Source: an uncultured Trueperaceae bacterium (GTDB taxonomy: Bacteria; Deinococcota; Deinococci; Deinococcales; Trueperaceae). From it: a stretch of 64,000 nucleotides of DNA. The notes under the pieces are model-generated. The model was given only the letters and a program-made list of their open reading frames with translations, was not told the DNA's origin and ran no database searches. Shown here in pieces: positions 17,584 through 27,709 of the stretch. The position numbers and the translations under genes are program-made. Positions within the stretch are counted from its first letter, which is position 1. Each line of letters starts with the position of its first letter. Where the stretch lies: the NCBI GenBank assembly GCA_963799485.1, contig CAWCXJ010000009.1:32001-96000 (forward strand), in the 5' to 3' direction.

Positions 17584-19488
17584 ATGCTGCGCCGTCCAGA
17601 CCGCTTTATCATCGTTTTACTCACCTTAGGATACGCGGCGCTTTTTTTAAGTGCGTGTACGCAGGTCACAGCCCTGACCGAACCTTCGCTCGGTACGTTG
17701 GCGGCGAACGCGGTGAGGCTCGAGGTCGAAACCCTTCCTATCGCCGAGGTTTCCGGGGCGTCAACTGCCGTTGCCGACGACGCCGGCTGTAATGGTCGCA
17801 AATGCGCTTTTTTAGGAGCCAAAGCCCGTGGCCCCTATGTGACTTACCGCGCCCAAGTACCGTCGGCAGGACGTTACAGCGTGCAGGTACGGGTTAAGAA
17901 GTGGGACGGGCGCGGCACCTTTCAGCTGGCTACTGCGGAGCGTGCGTCGGGTAGGTTTACCAAGCTGGGCGGGCGCGTCAGCCTCTACGCGCCGTCGGCA
18001 AAGTTCGAGACGCTCACACTGGGCAGCGTCCGGTTTACCGAAGCGGGCAACAAGTTTTTTAAGTTTACGGTAACGGGCAAAGACGCGCGGAGTAAGGGCT
18101 ACGTGCTGGCGCTCGATACGCTTACGCTCGTTCCGGCAGGTACGGCGGCCCCGTCCGATCTGCCGACGCGTCCGAGCGGTGACGGGTGGATATCCCTCTT
18201 CAACGGTCGAAATCTGGACGGCTGGACGACCTTTTTACCCTCGAAAGGACGGAACAACGACCCGCAAGGGGTCTTTAAGGTCGAAAACGGCATGCTGCAC
18301 ATTTTGGATATTCCCGACCGGGGTCAGCGGCAAGAGTTCGGTTACCTGGCGACGAACCGGAGCTACGGCGACTATCGTCTGCGGTTTCAGTACCGCTGGG
18401 GCGACAAGCGCTTTGCCCCCAGAAATAACGCCAAACGCGACAGCGGCGTGATGTATCACCTGAGCGGCGGCGACCGGGTATGGCCTAGAAGCGTCGAGTT
18501 GCAAGTGCAAGAGGGTAATACCGGCGACTTTTGGCTGATTGGCGGAACGACCCTGACGACGACGGTCGCGTCTACAAGCGGCAACCCAAAGCGTTACCGT
18601 GAGGGCGGGACACCCTACACCACCAGAGCGGGCTCGTTCGTCCAGGTGGCGAAAGACCGGACGAGGGACTCACGAAACGGCTGGAACACCGTCGAACTCA
18701 TTGTGCAGGGTGATGAAGCGGTGCAAATCGTCAATGGTGAGGTCGTCAACCGGGGTAAAAACTTGCGCCGTGGTAACACTCCGCTGACCGAAGGACGTAT
18801 CGCGTTTCAGGCCGAAGGTGCCGAGGTGTACTACCGCAACATCGAGATGAAACCCTTGGTGTCCGACTCGGGCGCGAGTGGTGGCAGTGGTGGCGGGCGC
18901 ATCGTGCTCTTTGGCGGGGGCGGTACCGGCGAATGGACGCCCAAAAACCGGGGCGGCGCGCGTTGGCGGGTCAGAAACGGGGCGCTCGAGGTCAACCCCG
19001 GTACCCGCGTCGGCGCGAACGACCTGCAGACCAAACGAACCTTCGGCGACTTTAAGCTGCACGTGGAGTTTCAGGTTCCCGCGTCACCCGCCGGGACACC
19101 CGAACAGGGCCGGGGCAACTCCGGCGTGTACCTTCAGGGACGCTACGAAGTGCAGGTGCTCGACTCGTACCGCCAGAGTTTGAGCGGCAAAAACGACGCA
19201 GGCGCAGTTTACGGCGTCAAAGACGCGCGCCGCAACGCGAGCCGCCCTGCCGGAAGCTGGCAAAGCTACGACATCACCTTTCGCGCGGCCCGGTATTCCG
19301 GGCGGCGCAAAACCAGTCCGGCGCGAGTCAGCGTCGTCTGGAACGGGGTGCAGGTGCATAACGGCACGGTCATTCCGCGAAAAACCACGCTCGGCGACGC
19401 CGAAGGGCCGAGTGACGGGCCGATTCGCCTGCAAGACCATGGCAAACGGGTGCGTTACCGCAATATCTGGATTGAACCGCTGGATTGA
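17584..19488 (+). CDS. Lipoprotein with CBM-like domain plus two DUF1080 (3-keto-disaccharide hydrolase) domains
   Basis: RBS GGAGG, lipobox LSAC; SLFNGRNLDGW...IAFQAEGAEVYYRNI and GNSGVYLQGRYEVQ...IRLQDHG..VRYRNIWI. Confidence 0.85.
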   Translation: MLRRPDRFIIVLLTLGYAALFLSACTQVTALTEPSLGTLAANAVRLEVETLPIAEVSGASTAVADDAGCNGRKCAFLGAKARGPYVTYRAQVPSAGRYSVQVRVKKWDGRGTFQLATAERASGRFTKLGGRVSLYAPSAKFETLTLGSVRFTEAGNKFFKFTVTGKDARSKGYVLALDTLTLVPAGTAAPSDLPTRPSGDGWISLFNGRNLDGWTTFLPSKGRNNDPQGVFKVENGMLHILDIPDRGQRQEFGYLATNRSYGDYRLRFQYRWGDKRFAPRNNAKRDSGVMYHLSGGDRVWPRSVELQVQEGNTGDFWLIGGTTLTTTVASTSGNPKRYREGGTPYTTRAGSFVQVAKDRTRDSRNGWNTVELIVQGDEAVQIVNGEVVNRGKNLRRGNTPLTEGRIAFQAEGAEVYYRNIEMKPLVSDSGASGGSGGGRIVLFGGGGTGEWTPKNRGGARWRVRNGALEVNPGTRVGANDLQTKRTFGDFKLHVEFQVPASPAGTPEQGRGNSGVYLQGRYEVQVLDSYRQSLSGKNDAGAVYGVKDARRNASRPAGSWQSYDITFRAARYSGRRKTSPARVSVVWNGVQVHNGTVIPRKTTLGDAEGPSDGPIRLQDHGKRVRYRNIWIEPLD

Positions 19489-19528
19489 CGGAGCATATAG
19501 AAGACAGCAGGGAGAATGCCGAATGAGG

Positions 19529-19559
19529 GCCGGGCCGCTGGGCTTGGCCCGGTTTTTTT
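19529..19559 (+). terminator. Intrinsic terminator
   Basis: GCCGGGCCG-loop-TGGCCCGGT followed by a T run. Confidence 0.7.
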
Positions 19560-19694
19560 GGACTCGAGCCCGGGCAAGCCTTTCACATCTTCTGCGCTAA
19601 GTTAAACATCACACGTGGCCTGAACGGTCCCCGTCTCATAGCCTCACAAGGCGGGTTTGGTATAACGGAAAGCGACTGTCGGAGGAACCCACTG

Positions 19695-20555
19695 ATGTAC
19701 GCTCTTAGCCAAGCTTTACGTGCGATGCGAAAAAACTGGATCGCCAGCATCTCGACGCTGACGACGATGACGCTCTCCCTGACGATTTTAGCGGGCTTTA
19801 GTCTGCTGACGCTAAACGTCAACCTGAACCTGGGCGAGCTGCAAAACGAACTCGAGCTAGCCGCCTACCTAGCTCCTGACGCCGACCCGCAAAACGTGCT
19901 GGAACAAGTCAGCAGCTGGAACGGGGTGGTCAACGTTCAGCTCGTCTCACCCGACGAGGCGTTGCAGGATTTGGTCACGCAGCTGCCGTATATCGAGAGC
20001 GCGAGCCGCGAGGTCAACAACCCGCTGCCGTATTCGCTCTACCTGCGGCTCTCCGACCCCGCACAAACGGCCCGCGTCGCCGCCGCGTTGCGGGCGCTGC
20101 CGGGTGTTGCCGAGGTCGAAGACGGCGGTGAGGCCGTTGCGACCTTTTTAGCCATCAACGACGCGCTCAGGCTGATCGGTTCGGTGCTGATTGTGGTTTT
20201 GCTCTCGAGCGCGCTCTTTGCCATCGTCAACTCGATTCGCGCGGCGATTACCGCCCGGCGTGAAGAGATCGAGGTGATGCGGCTCGTCGGCGCGACGCGG
20301 GGTTTTATCCGCTCGCCGTTTCTTATCGAAGGCGTTTTTTTAGGACTCGTCAGCGCCCTCCTGACGCTGCTTTTGGTCGTACCGGGCTACAGCTTTGTCG
20401 CGCTGCGGCTCTCCGAAACGCTGCGTTTTTTGCCCCTTGTGCGTGACCCGCTCGCACTTATACAGCTTTCACTGCTGCTTATCGCGTTAGCGCTCGTCGT
20501 CGGACTTATCGGCAGCGCCCTGTCGGTCTCGCAGTATTTGCAAGAGGAGCTTTAG
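19695..20555 (+). CDS. ftsX: Cell division permease-like protein FtsX
   Basis: NPLPYSL, IVNSIRAAITARREEIEVMRLVGATRGFIRSPFLIEG. Confidence 0.92.
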   Translation: MYALSQALRAMRKNWIASISTLTTMTLSLTILAGFSLLTLNVNLNLGELQNELELAAYLAPDADPQNVLEQVSSWNGVVNVQLVSPDEALQDLVTQLPYIESASREVNNPLPYSLYLRLSDPAQTARVAAALRALPGVAEVEDGGEAVATFLAINDALRLIGSVLIVVLLSSALFAIVNSIRAAITARREEIEVMRLVGATRGFIRSPFLIEGVFLGLVSALLTLLLVVPGYSFVALRLSETLRFLPLVRDPLALIQLSLLLIALALVVGLIGSALSVSQYLQEEL

Positions 20556-21815
20556 GTGAAACGCCTTTTCCTCATCGTTTTGCTCCTTTGGAGCGTAGGG
20601 CAGGCGCAGCAGCAAAAGGTGTTGGAGGAACAGATCGCGGCCTACCAGAAGGTACTCGAGGCCCGCGAAGCCGAACTCAGCGCGCTCGCCGCGCAACTTT
20701 CGGAAACAAACACCCGGCTCGACGCACAACTTGCCGAACGCGACCGGCTAAGTAGCAGGATTCTCGAGCTGAGCAGTAGTCAAACACGTATTCGCGCGCA
20801 AGCACAGCGGCTACAGGCGCAGCAGCAGGCGTCGGGAGCGCGAATCGCGCGACTTTCCGCGCAGGCCGACAGCCTCAAGGGGCAGTTGCGAGACCTTTTG
20901 ACGAACCTCCACAAACGCCGCAGCGGGCGCTACGTCGGGGCGCTCGTGCAAACCGAATCGCTCTTCAAGCTGCGCGTCCGGAACTACTATCTGGGGCAGC
21001 TTACCAATCAAGACGTTGCCCTGCTCGAGACTTTCAATACAACGACCGCAGCGCTGCGCCAGGCCAGAGCCCGGCGCGCCCAGCAGGTGCAGGCGCTGAC
21101 GCAGCGGAGTCGGGAACTTACCGCCAACGCCCAGGCGCTAGCAACGGCGCAAGCCAACCTTGAGAGTGTCATCGCCGAACTGAGTCAGTCGCGGGCGGGT
21201 CAACTCGCCCAGCGCGAAACCTTGTTGCAAGAGCAAAACCGTATCGAAGACCGGTTGACCGGCGCGCGCGGGTCGTTGGCCGCTGAACTCGAGCGTCTCC
21301 GCGAAGAGGCGGCGCGCCAAGCAGCTCTCGCCGAAGCCGAACCCGAACGACCTGAAGACGACACCTTTGCCGCCGAAGCCGACCGGCTCGAGCGCCTCAT
21401 CCGCGGCCTCGACGCGCCTGCGCCGGAGGCGGAGCAAGGGTACGCAATGCCCTTTCCAGATGCGGTCGTCGCGCGTCCTTATGGTCAGGACGGCGCGACC
21501 GATGTATGGCTCCGCGCCCGAGAACCCGGCACGGCGGTGCGGGCGGTGCGTCCGGGCGTGGTGTACAGAGCCTCGAGGATTACTGCCAACAGCGGTTATA
21601 CCGTCGCCGTCAGACACGCCGACCGGCTCGTTTCGGCCTATACCAACCTGCAACTTCCGGTCGTGCAGATCGGCGATCAGGTCGAGCAGGGGCAGATTTT
21701 GGGGTACTTGGGTGGCGGCATTACCGCAGCGGATATTTTGCAACTTCGTATCGGGCGCTCCGAAGGTTTCGACCTCGTATATAGAGACCCGGCCCCGCTA
21801 TTGGGGTTGCAGTAG
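20556..21815 (+). CDS. EnvC-like coiled-coil protein with degenerate M23 domain (murein hydrolase activator)
   Basis: Signal peptide, long coiled coil and C-terminal M23 fold (VRAVRPGVV, GYTVAVRH, VQIGDQVEQGQILG) lacking Zn ligands; follows ftsX. Confidence 0.8.
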   Translation: MKRLFLIVLLLWSVGQAQQQKVLEEQIAAYQKVLEAREAELSALAAQLSETNTRLDAQLAERDRLSSRILELSSSQTRIRAQAQRLQAQQQASGARIARLSAQADSLKGQLRDLLTNLHKRRSGRYVGALVQTESLFKLRVRNYYLGQLTNQDVALLETFNTTTAALRQARARRAQQVQALTQRSRELTANAQALATAQANLESVIAELSQSRAGQLAQRETLLQEQNRIEDRLTGARGSLAAELERLREEAARQAALAEAEPERPEDDTFAAEADRLERLIRGLDAPAPEAEQGYAMPFPDAVVARPYGQDGATDVWLRAREPGTAVRAVRPGVVYRASRITANSGYTVAVRHADRLVSAYTNLQLPVVQIGDQVEQGQILGYLGGGITAADILQLRIGRSEGFDLVYRDPAPLLGLQ

Positions 21816-21816
21816 C

Positions 21817-22149
21817 TTGGCGCGGCCTAGAATCGTCTGTCTCGGCGGTTCGGCGCGGCTTTGGCAGCAGTTTCGGGCGTGTTACCTCGAGGAAACCTCG
21901 GCAGGTCGTATCGTCTTGTCTGTTGCTGCTACGCCCGGAGACGAAGCTCTGTTCGAGCAGCTTTCATCAGATGAGCGGGCAAATCTCCAGAATAAGCTGG
22001 CTGAACTGCACCGGCACAAAATCGACCTCGCTGACGAAGTGCTTATCCTCAACGTCGGCGGGTATATCGGCCCCGGGACAGCCCAAGAACGTGACTACGC
22101 AAGGCGTCAAGGTAAATGCGTCAGGTACTTAGAGCCCTACCAAACATGA
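21817..22149 (+). CDS. Small hypothetical protein (nucleoside deoxyribosyltransferase/DUF4406-like fold)
   Basis: IVCLGGS...LHRHKIDLADEVLILNVGGYIG..T..E..YA; real start is probably TTG at 21817. Confidence 0.65.
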   Translation: MARPRIVCLGGSARLWQQFRACYLEETSAGRIVLSVAATPGDEALFEQLSSDERANLQNKLAELHRHKIDLADEVLILNVGGYIGPGTAQERDYARRQGKCVRYLEPYQT

Positions 22150-22219
22150 AATGCAGATGAATGGTTTCTCTTCAGCGCCTTAAGAATGCCTTAAGTCGGG
22201 CCACGTATAATCTAAGGCA

Positions 22220-23884
22220 ATGAGCCTTCGTTGTCCTAGTTGCGCCGCTGAAAATCCCGCTTCGATGCGGTTTTGCGGGATGTGCGGCGCACCTCTGAAC
22301 GTAACCCCGGCGCGGCGCGAACGGCGGCGGGTGACAACCGTTTTTATCGATCTGACCGGTTTTAGTACGCTGACCAGGGACTTCGACCCCGAAAAACTCC
22401 GCGACCTGGCCGACGACGTGCTGAGCGTCGTTGCAGGCATTATCGAGGAGTACGACGGTTATATCGACGCGTTTCAGGGCGACGGGCTGATTGCGCTCTT
22501 CGGCGCGCCCAACGCGCACCCGAACGACCCCGAACGGGCGGTCTTGGCGGCTGCCGAGGGTTTGCGGGCGATTGAGGCGATAGGCCGGAGCAAGGGGTAT
22601 CCGCTCAAAGGGCGAGCAGGTGTCAATACGGGGCTGGTGATTGCCGGAAACCTGGGTTCGGGCAAAATCAAGGACTATACGGTGATGGGGAGCGCGGTGA
22701 ATCTAGCGGCGCGGCTCGAGGCCGCTGCCACCCCCGGTGAGGTCTGGGTCGGGCCGGAAACGTACCGCGCGACGCGGCACAGCTTGCGTTATCAGCCGAG
22801 CCCGGTGCTGAGTCTGGCTGGTTTTCCCGATATCACGCAGGCGCAGCGTTTTGTTCAGGAAACGCGTGTACGCGACCCCTACGCGCACCTTAGGTTCGTT
22901 GGGCGAGACGCTGAACTTATCGCGTTGTGGGGGGCGCTGGAGCGCGCCAAAACGCAGGTGATACCGGAGAAGACCGTGCGGGAATTCTGGATCGTCGGTG
23001 AGGCAGGCAGCGGCAAGACCCGGCTGGTGCGTGAGTTCGGGACGGCGGTTCAGGCGCAGGGGGCGGCGCGGGTAGTCTGGCTGGGGCCCGGTTACGCCGC
23101 CACTCCGGACGAATTCGAGGTGCCGAACGAACTCGGCACTAAAGCGCAGCCCCTTTTGCTGATTGTCGAACAGGGGCCGCACCGCCCCACACTGGAACCG
23201 CTTGTAAGGGCGCTTAAAGTGTCGTCTGTTCCCTATTTGCTCTTCCGGCTCTCGCGCAAACCTGTGCCTGCGGGTGCGGCGGGGTTGACGCTGGCTCCTC
23301 TCTCTAAAGATGCCTGCCTCGATATTTTGGGTCAACTTGTCGACCCGGCGCTCAAGCTCGTCACGACCTCGCTGGTCGGTGAGACCGGCGGCAACCCGGC
23401 CTATACCATCGAGCTGGGCCGCACCCTCAGTAACGCCCGGAGTGGGTCTTTTTCGGGTTCGCTGACGTCTTTGTTGCAGGCGCGTCTGGATATGCTGCCG
23501 CAGGCGCAGCGTTACCTGCTCGCGCAACTTGCCCTGGTCGGGGAGCGGTCGTGGTCGGGGTTGGCGGCGCACCTCGCGGATTCAAACCCTGCCGGTTCAA
23601 ACCCTGCCGGTTCAAACCCTGCGGACTCGAGCGGTGCGAACGTCGATGTGCTGCTCGGTGAGGAATTTTTGCTGCGTGAGGCGTACTCGAGTCTTCCCGA
23701 CGAGACCGAGTTTCGTTTTCGCAGCGAACTTCTGCGCCGCGCCGCGCTCCTGATGGTGCCCCTTAGCGAGCGCCCCAGCCTCCACGCCCGGATCGCCGAA
23801 TGGCTTGCGCCACGTGTTCAAGGCGAGCTTCAGGGGCTTTTAGAGCATCACCACAGGCGAGTCGCGCCGAAACTACAGCGTTAA
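22220..23884 (+). CDS. Class III nucleotidyl cyclase with N-terminal double zinc ribbon and AAA/P-loop domain
   Basis: CPSC...FCGMCG; FIDLTGFS, FQGDG, GVNTG, VNLAARLE; GEAGSGKT. Confidence 0.88.
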   Translation: MSLRCPSCAAENPASMRFCGMCGAPLNVTPARRERRRVTTVFIDLTGFSTLTRDFDPEKLRDLADDVLSVVAGIIEEYDGYIDAFQGDGLIALFGAPNAHPNDPERAVLAAAEGLRAIEAIGRSKGYPLKGRAGVNTGLVIAGNLGSGKIKDYTVMGSAVNLAARLEAAATPGEVWVGPETYRATRHSLRYQPSPVLSLAGFPDITQAQRFVQETRVRDPYAHLRFVGRDAELIALWGALERAKTQVIPEKTVREFWIVGEAGSGKTRLVREFGTAVQAQGAARVVWLGPGYAATPDEFEVPNELGTKAQPLLLIVEQGPHRPTLEPLVRALKVSSVPYLLFRLSRKPVPAGAAGLTLAPLSKDACLDILGQLVDPALKLVTTSLVGETGGNPAYTIELGRTLSNARSGSFSGSLTSLLQARLDMLPQAQRYLLAQLALVGERSWSGLAAHLADSNPAGSNPAGSNPADSSGANVDVLLGEEFLLREAYSSLPDETEFRFRSELLRRAALLMVPLSERPSLHARIAEWLAPRVQGELQGLLEHHHRRVAPKLQR

Positions 23885-24640
23885 GGGACGTGTAAACGCC
23901 TCCTTGGCTTCGTTTTGCAGATGTTCCCGAACTTCGGCAGCCGTAAGCGTCCAACCGTGCGTTTCGCCTAGTTGTCCTGCCCTGAGCCATAAACTACTCT
24001 GTCTCCACAACAGATCGTCCAGGGGCTGCCTGGCCCTTGGGTAAACGAACGCCTCTAGTTCGTTCGTTGCGGGCGCGGCTCCTACTTTTTGCACCTGCGC
24101 CCACGCGCTCAGGTACTCGAGCTGCTGCGTGTCTTTAAGCTCTACCAGCGCTGCTTGATAGAGGTGCGCCGCTGCCACCTCGCGGAGCCACGGGCGCGGG
24201 GCGCGGCCCTGCTGGTTGCTCAGGAGGAGGGCGTGGGCCCACTCGAGCCCCAACAGCGCGTCGAGATACGCCGCAACGCCCCCCGGCGCACGCACGCCCT
24301 GCTGTCCTGCCCGGAGCCTTACTGTGTCCCAGCGGGCGATAAGCCGCGGTGGATAGCCCGCCGGGAGCAGCAAGCTCGTAACACCTTCAGCGCGCCGCGT
24401 GGCACCCCAGCCATACGGCGCGGAGAGCAGGCGTCGCCAGTCCGCCGCGGTCAGCACCACCAGCTCGAGGAGGTCGCCCGCGGTTTCAGAAGGGGTTTTT
24501 GCCGCCGCTGCCGCGCTCAAGGTTTTTAGGAAGCCCTGCACCTGCAGCGCCCGCACCCGCTTGCCGGTTGAAAACCGTACGCTCAGCACCGGGTCGGTTA
24601 CGGCGTGCAGGTAGGTTTTACGGGAAAACGGGTCGGGCAC
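23873..24640 (-). CDS. Hypothetical protein
   Basis: 255 aa ORF with host-like codon usage, placed between convergent and divergent neighbours. Confidence 0.65.
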   Translation of the reverse strand: MPDPFSRKTYLHAVTDPVLSVRFSTGKRVRALQVQGFLKTLSAAAAAKTPSETAGDLLELVVLTAADWRRLLSAPYGWGATRRAEGVTSLLLPAGYPPRLIARWDTVRLRAGQQGVRAPGGVAAYLDALLGLEWAHALLLSNQQGRAPRPWLREVAAAHLYQAALVELKDTQQLEYLSAWAQVQKVGAAPATNELEAFVYPRARQPLDDLLWRQSSLWLRAGQLGETHGWTLTAAEVREHLQNEAKEAFTRPLTL

Positions 24641-24710
24641 GTTCTACTCTACCGCCCGGTTATCATTCTGAGAACCGACGACATCGCCGCTTCAGGGTTT
24701 GTGATAAAAC

Positions 24711-25772
24711 GTGAATATCGTGCATACCGCCGCCCCACTGCCTTACATCCCGCTCGAGCAGCTTCAGGCCGCATATGCGCGTTTACGGCCCTACCTGAAG
24801 CCGTCGCCGCTCGTCCCGGCGGACGCGTACCGGGCGCGGCTCGGTTGTGCGCTGAGTTTGAAGCTCGAGCTGCTCCAACCCACGCACGCCTTTAAGGTAC
24901 GCGGCGCACTCAACGCGCTCCTGACGATGCCTAAAGCAGCGTTAGAAGTCGGCGTGGTAACGGCTTCGGGTGGCAACCACGGTCTCGGTTTGGCCTACGC
25001 TGCGCGGCTTTTAGGCGTGCGGGCAGTAGTTGCCTTGCCGACGACGACGCCGGCACTACGCGTTCAGACAATCCGCGAGCTCGGCGGCGAGGTTGTCGTT
25101 TACGGCGACGACTGGAACGCCGCCGACGAGCTTGCGCGCGAACTTGTCGGCGAACACGGCTACACCTACCTGAGCCCGTTCGACGACCCGCAGGTGATGG
25201 CGGGCCAGGGGACGATTGCGCTAGAGATTTTAGAGCAAGCCCCCGACACCGAGGTCATCGTCTGTTCGGTCGGCGGCGGCGGGCTTATCTCAGGTATCGT
25301 TTCGGCAGTTAAGCAGCTCCGGCCCGAGGTGCGCGTCGTCGGAGTTGAAACGTTGGGCGCGGACTGTATGGCGCAGTCGCTCGCGCGCGGCGAACTCGTG
25401 ACGCTGCCCCGCTTTACCTCGGTAGCTGAAAGCCTCGGTACCCGGCGCAGCAGCGAACGTCCCTTTGCTATCGTCCAAGCGGGTGTCGAGCGGGTCGTTA
25501 CGGTCTCCGACGCGCGGGCTGTTGCTGAACTGCTGTTTACCTTGGAGCGTGAAAAGCTCCTCGTCGAACCTGCGGCGAGTTGCACGCTGGCTGCTCTGGC
25601 CGACGGGCTCATCCCCGATATTGCGGGCCGCCGGGTCGTCGGCGTGATGTGCGGGGGCAATACGACTTTGGCACAGGTAAACCTGTGGCGTGAGCGGTTC
25701 GCGGAGGCTGCCAAGACGCACCATGAAGAAAATCGTGAAAGCTTCAGCGCCGAAGTCGGCAAACTGAGATAG
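24711..25772 (+). CDS. PLP-dependent threonine/serine dehydratase
   Basis: KLELLQPTHAFKVRGA, TASGGNHG, VGGGGLISG, LVEPAAS. Confidence 0.9.
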   Translation: MNIVHTAAPLPYIPLEQLQAAYARLRPYLKPSPLVPADAYRARLGCALSLKLELLQPTHAFKVRGALNALLTMPKAALEVGVVTASGGNHGLGLAYAARLLGVRAVVALPTTTPALRVQTIRELGGEVVVYGDDWNAADELARELVGEHGYTYLSPFDDPQVMAGQGTIALEILEQAPDTEVIVCSVGGGGLISGIVSAVKQLRPEVRVVGVETLGADCMAQSLARGELVTLPRFTSVAESLGTRRSSERPFAIVQAGVERVVTVSDARAVAELLFTLEREKLLVEPAASCTLAALADGLIPDIAGRRVVGVMCGGNTTLAQVNLWRERFAEAAKTHHEENRESFSAEVGKLR

Positions 25773-25883
25773 AACTGAGATAGGCTCCGGGGTGTTCGCG
25801 CCCCGCGCTGGTAAGCGTTCGCTCTTGGTAACGATGAGATTCAGAATGGGGGGGGCTTCAGACGGGTACGTTGTGGCGGCGTA

Positions 25884-26289
25884 ATGTATTTTTACAGCTG
25901 CTGGTAACGTTTTTAGTGGGTGCGCTGTTGCTGTAGGGCTACACCCGCGTTCGGGGTAGCGAAATGCTGAAGTCAAGGCGCTTAGGGCCAAGCTCGAGAC
26001 CAAAACAAACGAGTTTACGGCGTACAAGCAAGACGTGCCGGAGCATTTTCCGGGTACGACCGAGGCCATCGACGCGCTGACGCAGAGTTACCGGGGCGTG
26101 TTCGAGCCGCGCGAGCAAGGCGCGAACCGTCGGGTCGGTGAAACGCGTTTTCGCGGTGCGCTCAAAGACCGGGCTGCTTCGGAGCAGGGCGTTACGGCGG
26201 TCGCCGTTATCGACGAGACTTTGCCGGAAAAGACTCGAGACGCCGCAACTCTCGCGTTCGCCTTGACTAGGCCAAGCCCAGACGCGTAA
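25884..26289 (+). pseudogene. Degraded YhcB/ZapG (DUF1043)-like gene
   Basis: Hydrophobic LQLLVTFLVGALLL broken by a stop and frameshift, then KALRAKLETKTNEFTAYKQDV.EHF..T.EAIDALTQSYRGVF. Confidence 0.55.
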
Positions 26290-27565
26290 AAAGCGGCTCC
26301 CCGGCGACGAACACCTCACGTACCGATTCCTCACGTGCCAGCGTAAAGAGCGCGCCCAGACTCGCCTCCGCCGATGGACTCTGTGCCAATACGTCGGCAA
26401 GGGTGCCGCCTTCGGGTGGGCGAACGAGCATGAAGTCGGCCTGACGTCCGGGGCTGAGGTCGCCTACCTCGTCTAAACCCAGCGCCAGCGCCCCCGCCCG
26501 CGTGGCCAGATAGAGCAGGTGCGCGGGGCTGAGCGGAAACCCTTCCGGGTGCAGCATCTGCCCCTGATAGCTCATCAAGCCTTCCTTAAACAGACTGAAG
26601 CCGGTGCCGCCGCCTACGTCACTGCCGAGACCTAACCGGACGCCGTGCGCGAGATGACGCCGCATAGCGAACAGGCCGCTGCCGATAAACATGTTGCTGC
26701 TCGGGCAGTGCGCGACACACGCGTGCGCCGCGCCCAAACGCCCTAGTTCACTCTCTGAGACGTGGACGTTGTGGGCAAAGACCGAACGCTTTGTAACCAG
26801 ACCGAAGCGCTCGTAAGTCTCGAGATAATCGTGCGCCCACGGAAAAAGCTCGGCAACCTGCGCGATTTCGGCGGGCGACTCGTTGATGTGCGTTTGAACA
26901 TAGATGTCCGGGTAGCGCTCCGCGAGTGCGCCCGCCGCCGCTAAAACCCCTTCGCTGCACGAGAGCGCAAACCGTGGTGTCACGGCGTAGCGGAGCCTGC
27001 CGTGCTTGTGCCACGCGTTTAGCAGCGCTTCGCTGTCGCTGTAACAGGTTTCCGGGGGAGCCTCGAGTTCCGGCCTCAAAAGCCTATCACCCAACACGAG
27101 CCCGCTGGTAATTCGCAACCCCGACGCGTCCGCCGCCTCGAAGAAAGCTTCTTGCGCCGGCCTCTGGTGCGCGCCGAAAACGAGCGCCGTGGTCGTGCCG
27201 TTACGGGCGAGCCCCCGTAAAAACGTTTCGGCAACCCCCCGTGCGTAGGTCGTATCCGTGAGCCGCGCCTCTTCAGGCAGTGTGCGGGTTTGGAGCCACT
27301 CCAGCAGCGTCACACCCATCGTCCCGATGACGCTTACCTGCGGATAATGAACGTGGGTGTCGACAAATCCCGGCAAGATGTAATCGTGACCGTCGCCGAG
27401 TACAGGCGCGTCGGGATACGCGGTTTGCACCTCGCTCAAGCTGCCGAGTGCGCCGATACGTCCGTCTGACAGGGCTAGAGCGCCCTCATGAACCTCGAGT
27501 GCGTCTGCTACCTCAAACGGATTTTGCGGCGTATGAAAGAGGCGGGCGCGCAAGATGACCGTCAT
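26267..27565 (-). CDS. guaD: Guanine deaminase
   Basis: PGFVDTHVHYPQ, YAVTPRFALSC, QTHINES, HCPSSN, GSDVGGG. Confidence 0.92.
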   Translation of the reverse strand: MTVILRARLFHTPQNPFEVADALEVHEGALALSDGRIGALGSLSEVQTAYPDAPVLGDGHDYILPGFVDTHVHYPQVSVIGTMGVTLLEWLQTRTLPEEARLTDTTYARGVAETFLRGLARNGTTTALVFGAHQRPAQEAFFEAADASGLRITSGLVLGDRLLRPELEAPPETCYSDSEALLNAWHKHGRLRYAVTPRFALSCSEGVLAAAGALAERYPDIYVQTHINESPAEIAQVAELFPWAHDYLETYERFGLVTKRSVFAHNVHVSESELGRLGAAHACVAHCPSSNMFIGSGLFAMRRHLAHGVRLGLGSDVGGGTGFSLFKEGLMSYQGQMLHPEGFPLSPAHLLYLATRAGALALGLDEVGDLSPGRQADFMLVRPPEGGTLADVLAQSPSAEASLGALFTLAREESVREVFVAGEPLFTRLGLA

Positions 27566-27709
27566 ACGGCCCCTGTCACCACTACGAGTGTCACCGTCAT
27601 AAAGCCAAGCATACCGGACGGAACTGCAAAACGCTTCCGGGCTGTGTATACCCCGAGAACGTGCGCCTCTCAGCAAACTTGCAAAAGCCGCGTGCTAGAC
27701 TTTGACGTT

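Noticed and set aside
21367..21816. N-terminal 150 aa of ORF 21367..22149
   Set aside because: Overlaps the EnvC-like gene in another frame; only the part from 21817 looks like a protein.
27488..27709. Long N-terminal extensions of the amidase and guaD ORFs
   Set aside because: They overlap each other head-to-head; shorter starts give a signal peptide and typical lengths.
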